From an uncultured bacterium (GTDB lineage Bacteria > UBP14 > UBA6098 > B30-G16), in contig CBEVQY010000046.1 of NCBI GenBank assembly GCA_965552135.1, positions 1 to 11,458 on the forward strand: a stretch of DNA of 11,458 nt, written 5' to 3'. This document shows positions 7,572-11,458 of the stretch, piece after piece (the stretch's first letter is position 1; each line of letters starts with the position of its first letter). The notes under the pieces were generated by a model that did not search any database, was not told where the DNA came from, and worked only from the letters and a program-made list of their open reading frames with translations. The translations under genes and the position numbers were made by a program.

Positions 7572-8023
7572 CCCTGGCTTTCTGCGAACTCCAGAAGCTT
7601 TTTGCGCGTTTTTGCGCCCAGCCCGGGGATCTTTTCCAGTTTGTCCGTCTTGGCGGCGGCGATGAGATCAGCAAGGCTTCTTATCCCTGCATCGACCAAA
7701 CGTGCCACCTTCCCGCCCGAGACGGGGAGTTTATCTATCATCTCCCGTACCTCGGGCGGAATCCTCGTCGATACCTCCTCAAGCTTCCTGAGCTTGCCCG
7801 TCTCGAGTATCTCGCCCACCTTCTTGACTATGACCTCCCCGACGCCGGCAAGCTCCCTCAGCCTACCCGTGCGGTAGAGCTCCTCTATTGAGGCGCCGCT
7901 TTCCTCGATGGACCTTACGGCGCGCCTGTAGGCGAGCACCTTGAACCTGTTCTCGCCCAAAAACTCGAGGTAGTCGGCAAGGCGCAGAAGGATCTCGACC
8001 ACCTTTTCGGTCCTCTCGTCCAT
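7568..8023 (-). CDS. Stand-alone DNA polymerase X N-terminal region (8-kDa lyase domain + HhH DNA-binding subdomain), lacking polymerase and PHP domains
   Basis: 151 aa from ATG 8023. LADYLEFLGENRFKVLAYRRA, LAGVGEVIVKKVGEILETGKL and LEKIPGLGAKT match the N-terminus of bacterial PolX. It ends with TGA overlapping the DUF72 ATG (ATGA at 7568-7571). The TTG 8086 start lies inside the divergent promoter region and adds 21 non-homologous residues. Confidence 0.85.
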   Translation of the reverse strand: MDERTEKVVEILLRLADYLEFLGENRFKVLAYRRAVRSIEESGASIEELYRTGRLRELAGVGEVIVKKVGEILETGKLRKLEEVSTRIPPEVREMIDKLPVSGGKVARLVDAGIRSLADLIAAAKTDKLEKIPGLGAKTRKKLLEFAESQG

Positions 8024-8080
8024 CGGAAAATAAGTTATCGCCACACACGCTGCGGCGAAAGCGAAATCTTTGGTCTTTTC

Positions 8081-8108
8081 TTGCAACCCAAAAGATTTGC
8101 CCTATAAT
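8081..8108 (+). promoter_or_regulatory. sigma70-type promoter of the TPR-TonB gene
   Basis: TTGCAA (8081-8086), 16-bp spacer, perfect TATAAT (8103-8108), in an AT-rich gap between divergent genes. Confidence 0.75.
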
Positions 8109-8115
8109 AGACATC

Positions 8116-10158
8116 GTGGCGGCAAGGCTTAAACTTGCGGGCTTTCTGGCGTTTTTTGTCGTTTTTGGAGGGTGCGTCTACTACAACACCTTCTTCCTCG
8201 CCAAGAAGAACTACCGTCTCGCGGAGAGGATCAGGAAGAAGGCAGGCGGAGACACCGTTCCCGCTGAGGCGAAGCCCCTGTACGATAAGGCGATCGAGAA
8301 GGCGTCGAAGGTGCTTGCGTACTACCCCGAAAGCAAGTACGTGGACGATGCGCTTTTCCTTTTGGGGATGTGCTTCGTCCGCACGGGCGAGTACACAAAG
8401 GCGCTGAGGAAGTTCAACGAGCTTTTGGCAAACTTTCCGGAAAGCGAGTTTGCCGACGATGCGCGCTACTGGCGGAGCGTGTGCCTTTACTACGGCGGCA
8501 AGGAGGAGCTTGCGGTCGATTCGCTTAACGCCATCGCCCGCGAGGACCCCAACAGGGCGGAGGAAGCCGCCTTTATGCTCGGCGAGCTTGCGTATCAAAA
8601 GGGCGAATACATCGAGGCGAAGACGGCGTTTTTGGACTTCCTCGACAAGTTCCCCAAAAGCTCTTTTGCGCCGAGGGCGCATATGCGCCTTGGTCAGATA
8701 GGCTGGCACTTCGAGGAGTATCGGGATGCCGCAGAGCACCTCGAGAAGATCCGCGAGGGCGAGCTTTCGCGCGAAGACTATTATTCCGTTCGAACGCTTC
8801 TTGCGCGCTGCTTTATAAAACTTGGTCGCCTCGACGAAGCCGAGGAGATCTTAAACGACCTGCTTGCGGACGAGTCGTTCGTCTCCCACTGGGGCGACGT
8901 TGAGCTTCTTGTGGGCGATGTTGCCTACGCCCGGGGCGACACAGCCAGAGCGGGTGGGATCTGGCGCAGGCTTGTGGAGAAGTATCCGAAGACGGCTACG
9001 GCTGCGTGGGCGTACTTCCGCCTCGGCGAGATGTACTTCGACTTCGGCGAGCTCGTTTTAGCCAAGGAGATGTTCGACGCGGCGGCGCAGGAGGTTCCGT
9101 CGGGGGAGGTGCACGAGCTTGCGCTCCAAAAAAGCGCCATAATCGGAAGGCTTTTGGCGTACAGGGATCAGATAGACAATGCCGACTCGCTCGGGACCGA
9201 TGTGGTCGCAACCGAACTCGAGCTTGCCGAAATGTACCTCCTCGAGCTCGGTAACCCCGACTCAGCCATAAGCGCGTACAGGTTCATCCTCGAGCACTAC
9301 CCCGACGACTCCCTGGCGCCGAAGGCTGCCTACTCTATGGGATGGGTCTACGCGAACGAGAAGAAGGACTACGACACGGCTGATTCGGTCTTCGCCTTTT
9401 TGTTGAGTCGTTACCCCGAAAGCGACTACGCCGTTGGCGCGGGGAGGTACTTCAAAAGCCGCGGCGGCTCGCTCGACTCGCTTGCCGCGCGAAACGTCGC
9501 TTACTTCTTCGTGAAAGCCGAGGAGTTCTGGCTCACGTACGGTTGGCCCGATTCCGCGCTCAAGTACTACTCCATCGTCATCGACTCCTTTCCGTCAAGC
9601 AGGTGGGTTCCCAAGGCGATAGCCGCGAAGGCGGAGATACTGGCTTCTCTTTCGCGTGTGGGCGAGGCGGAGAAACTCTACCAAACGCTTTCGGAGCGCT
9701 ATCCGGGCACGCCGTACGACTCGCTCGCCAAGGTGAGGCTTGGGCTTGTCACAGCCGTCCGCGCGGAGAAGCCAGCTCCCACAAAGCCCGATACGGCTGA
9801 GCTTGCCTTGGGGAGCTCTCCACCCACGCCGGTCGACACCTTCAGGAACACATATGACAACCTCCCCCTCGCTCCGAAGCCCATAAAGCCGATAAGGCTC
9901 TACTACCCCGAGCAGGAGTGGTCGTCGAGGCTGCAGGGCAGGAAGATAAGGATCAAGATAAAGATAGACCCGTTCGGCAAGGTCACCGACGCCAGGCTTT
10001 TGATGTCGTGCGGCAACGAGATAATAGATCAGGCTGCGCTTACGGCTGCCAAGAAAGCCGAGTTCGACCCGACGACCATCGACATATCGCAGTTCAACAA
10101 ATGGTTTCTCCTCGAGATAAGGGTTCAGAAGCCCGCGCGCGAGGAGGACTGGGAGTGA
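8116..10158 (+). CDS. TPR-repeat lipoprotein (BamD/CpoB-type repeats) with Pro-rich linker and C-terminal TonB-C domain
   Basis: Lipobox FGG-C20 followed by VYYNTFF. Eight [YF]P-x-[SDT]-type TPR turns (YPESKYVDDA, FPESEFADDA, FPKSSFAPRA, YPKTATAAWA, YPDDSLAPKA, YPESDYAVGA, FPSSRWVPKA, YPGTPYDSLA). Linker EKPAPTKP..PPTP. C-terminal YPE....LQG..IKIKIDPFGKVTDARLLMSCGNEIIDQAALTAAKKAEFDP fits TonB_C. Confidence 0.85.
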   Translation: MAARLKLAGFLAFFVVFGGCVYYNTFFLAKKNYRLAERIRKKAGGDTVPAEAKPLYDKAIEKASKVLAYYPESKYVDDALFLLGMCFVRTGEYTKALRKFNELLANFPESEFADDARYWRSVCLYYGGKEELAVDSLNAIAREDPNRAEEAAFMLGELAYQKGEYIEAKTAFLDFLDKFPKSSFAPRAHMRLGQIGWHFEEYRDAAEHLEKIREGELSREDYYSVRTLLARCFIKLGRLDEAEEILNDLLADESFVSHWGDVELLVGDVAYARGDTARAGGIWRRLVEKYPKTATAAWAYFRLGEMYFDFGELVLAKEMFDAAAQEVPSGEVHELALQKSAIIGRLLAYRDQIDNADSLGTDVVATELELAEMYLLELGNPDSAISAYRFILEHYPDDSLAPKAAYSMGWVYANEKKDYDTADSVFAFLLSRYPESDYAVGAGRYFKSRGGSLDSLAARNVAYFFVKAEEFWLTYGWPDSALKYYSIVIDSFPSSRWVPKAIAAKAEILASLSRVGEAEKLYQTLSERYPGTPYDSLAKVRLGLVTAVRAEKPAPTKPDTAELALGSSPPTPVDTFRNTYDNLPLAPKPIKPIRLYYPEQEWSSRLQGRKIRIKIKIDPFGKVTDARLLMSCGNEIIDQAALTAAKKAEFDPTTIDISQFNKWFLLEIRVQKPAREEDWE

Positions 10159-11231
10159 TCCGGTTGCGCGTGAGGCTTTTGCTGCCTGCGGCGGCTTGTT
10201 TTTTGTTGGTGGTTTTGTTTGGCTGCGGCGAGCGCAAACCCGACGCCATAGGAAGCTTTAACGCCGTCTTCGCCTTCGCCGACCGAGACGAGCTTCCCCT
10301 GATCAAGGAGCCCATTGAGATTGCCCTGGCGCGCCAGATAGTTACGCCGAGACCCGAGAGGCTTTTCCGCGTCCACTGGGGCGACACAAGCGACTTCGAG
10401 AACGCCGTCAAACATCACATCGTCCTCATTGCGGCGTCCCTTTCCTCCCCGGGCGACTGGGGGGCGTTTGTGCGAGGCAGCCTCAGCGAGGCGGCGCGAG
10501 AAAGCGTTGAAGCAGGGAGGTTCAACCTCTTCGTGCGGCAGGACCCATGGGCAAGGAAGCAAATCCTGATTGTCCTCACCGCCCCGACGCCCGAAGCCCT
10601 GCGCGACTACATCTTGACCCATACCGATGAAATCTTCGGCGTCGTCAACGATTTCTGCAACGAGCAGGTAGCTCTTTGGCTTTTCGGCTCGTATCAGGGG
10701 AGGGGCGAGAGGTTTGACCTTGAGCGGCGCATAGCGCGTGAGTATGGCTTTGGCATACGCGTTCCGCGGATGTTCGATTGGGAGGCTGGGACTGGCGCAT
10801 CGAGGTTTTTGTGGCTGCGCGCGCTTGAGCCGGAGCGGTGGGTTTTCGTGTGGTGGACGCCCATCGATTCGCAGAGCGCCGGCAGGGTATCGCTTGCCTG
10901 GCTGCAGCACGTTCGCGACAGCCTCTGCGCCATCTACTACGAGGGCGACTCGATCGAGCCGGGGACGCTTACCTACGAGCGCGTTACGTTCCTCGGGCGA
11001 CCCGCCATTCTCTACCGCGCTCGGTGGCGCAATTCAGCCAAGGTCTTGGGCGGACCGGTTGTTGGCTTCGTCTTCGACGACCTTGCCCGCGGCAGGCGCT
11101 ACGTGCTCGACGGCGCCGTGTTCGCGCCGGGCGTCAGAAAGGAGCCGTATCTGCGGCACTGCGAGGTCATAATGCGGTCGTTTGTACCCGACACGGCGCG
11201 CTTCCTCCGCGAGATGTCGAGCCGACTTTGA
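10155..11231 (+). CDS. DUF4837-like lipoprotein
   Basis: Start re-called at GTG 10155 (GTGA overlap with the upstream stop; GAGGAGG upstream), giving signal peptide MIRLRVRLLLPAAACFLLVVLFG-C. KPDAIG..AVFAFAD, TPRPERLF, DPWARKQ, RDSLC, GGPVV and LDGAVFAPG..K resemble DUF4837 as recalled. The 9918 start overlaps the upstream gene by about 240 nt. Confidence 0.7.
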   Translation: MIRLRVRLLLPAAACFLLVVLFGCGERKPDAIGSFNAVFAFADRDELPLIKEPIEIALARQIVTPRPERLFRVHWGDTSDFENAVKHHIVLIAASLSSPGDWGAFVRGSLSEAARESVEAGRFNLFVRQDPWARKQILIVLTAPTPEALRDYILTHTDEIFGVVNDFCNEQVALWLFGSYQGRGERFDLERRIAREYGFGIRVPRMFDWEAGTGASRFLWLRALEPERWVFVWWTPIDSQSAGRVSLAWLQHVRDSLCAIYYEGDSIEPGTLTYERVTFLGRPAILYRARWRNSAKVLGGPVVGFVFDDLARGRRYVLDGAVFAPGVRKEPYLRHCEVIMRSFVPDTARFLREMSSRL

Positions 11232-11406
11232 GTGACCTCCAGGGGCGGTTGAGGGGCGCGCTGTCGTCAGCGCTTCATCCGCGAGCTGTCGAGCCGATTG
11301 TGAGGGATCTGCGGGCCAAGACAGTTGAAGCTTTCGTTCGCTGCCATCGCCCCGCTCGGAACACGCAGGCGCCGGCGTTGTGACAGGGATGCTGCGCCAT
11401 CGAGCG

Positions 11407-11457
11407 CTATCTGACCACGACTATCCTCCCCAAAAGGAGCTTGCCGTCCTTCGTTTT
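11407..11457 (-). CDS. 3' end of a gene starting outside the window; C-terminus resembles a T9SS type A sorting/FlgD-Ig terminal strand
   Basis: The minus strand reads KTKDGKLLLGRIVVVR-TAG (stop 11407-11409). It is not in the ORF track because it is truncated. G-[KR]-I-V-V-V-R* is a typical CTD ending, but only 16 residues are visible. Confidence 0.5.
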   Translation of the reverse strand, partial: KTKDGKLLLGRIVVVR

Positions 11458-11458
11458 C

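Noticed and set aside
7568..8023. polX pseudogene by frameshift
   Set aside because: The downstream sequence is an intact DUF72 gene, not PolX palm/PHP remnants, and the stop is coupled to the next start. An old deletion cannot be excluded.
8024..8086. 21-aa extension of the PolX-N ORF from TTG 8086
   Set aside because: Runs through the promoter region; PolX similarity begins at ATG 8023.
9918..10154. N-terminal extension of the DUF4837-like ORF
   Set aside because: Overlaps the TonB_C-coding region out of frame; GTG 10155 has an SD and puts the signal peptide at the N-terminus.
10838..11383. 181-aa plus-strand ORF and other Arg-rich alternative-frame ORFs (e.g. 8035-8739, 10125-10910, 1207-1776)
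   Set aside because: They overlap well-supported genes, have low-complexity Arg/Ala/Pro composition and show no motifs.
1..11458. CRISPR array, rRNA, IS or phage genes
   Set aside because: No regularly spaced direct repeats, rRNA-like sequence, transposase or phage hallmark motifs were seen; nearly all of the window is accounted for by the called genes.

Overview
GC-rich chromosomal window from a diderm bacterium, with no mobile element. Left to right: the 3' part of an exported repeat/Ig-like protein gene (+); a sigma70-type promoter driving tRNA-His(GUG) (+); a tightly packed 8-gene minus-strand run, in transcription order a stand-alone PolX N-terminal (8-kDa lyase + HhH) protein, DUF72, a DUF1565/beta-helix secreted protein, an LVIVD-repeat lipoprotein, apt, a beta-CASP MBL ribonuclease, an ApbE flavin transferase and a small outer-membrane beta-barrel; then, divergently, an apparently leaderless gene for a TPR lipoprotein fused to a TonB-C domain, coupled to a DUF4837-like lipoprotein (+); and the last 16 codons of a convergent gene ending in a T9SS-CTD-like tail (-). 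The most interesting signals are: (1) a polymerase-less PolX lyase module translationally coupled to DUF72, a candidate minimal DNA-repair module; (2) the lipoprotein-TPR-TonB-C fusion; (3) strong enrichment of the Bacteroidota O-glycosylation sequon D-[ST]-[AILVMT] in exported but not cytoplasmic proteins. An FCB-superphylum lineage outside Bacteroidia is inferred, not demonstrated. All family assignments come from motif recognition by eye, with no database searches.
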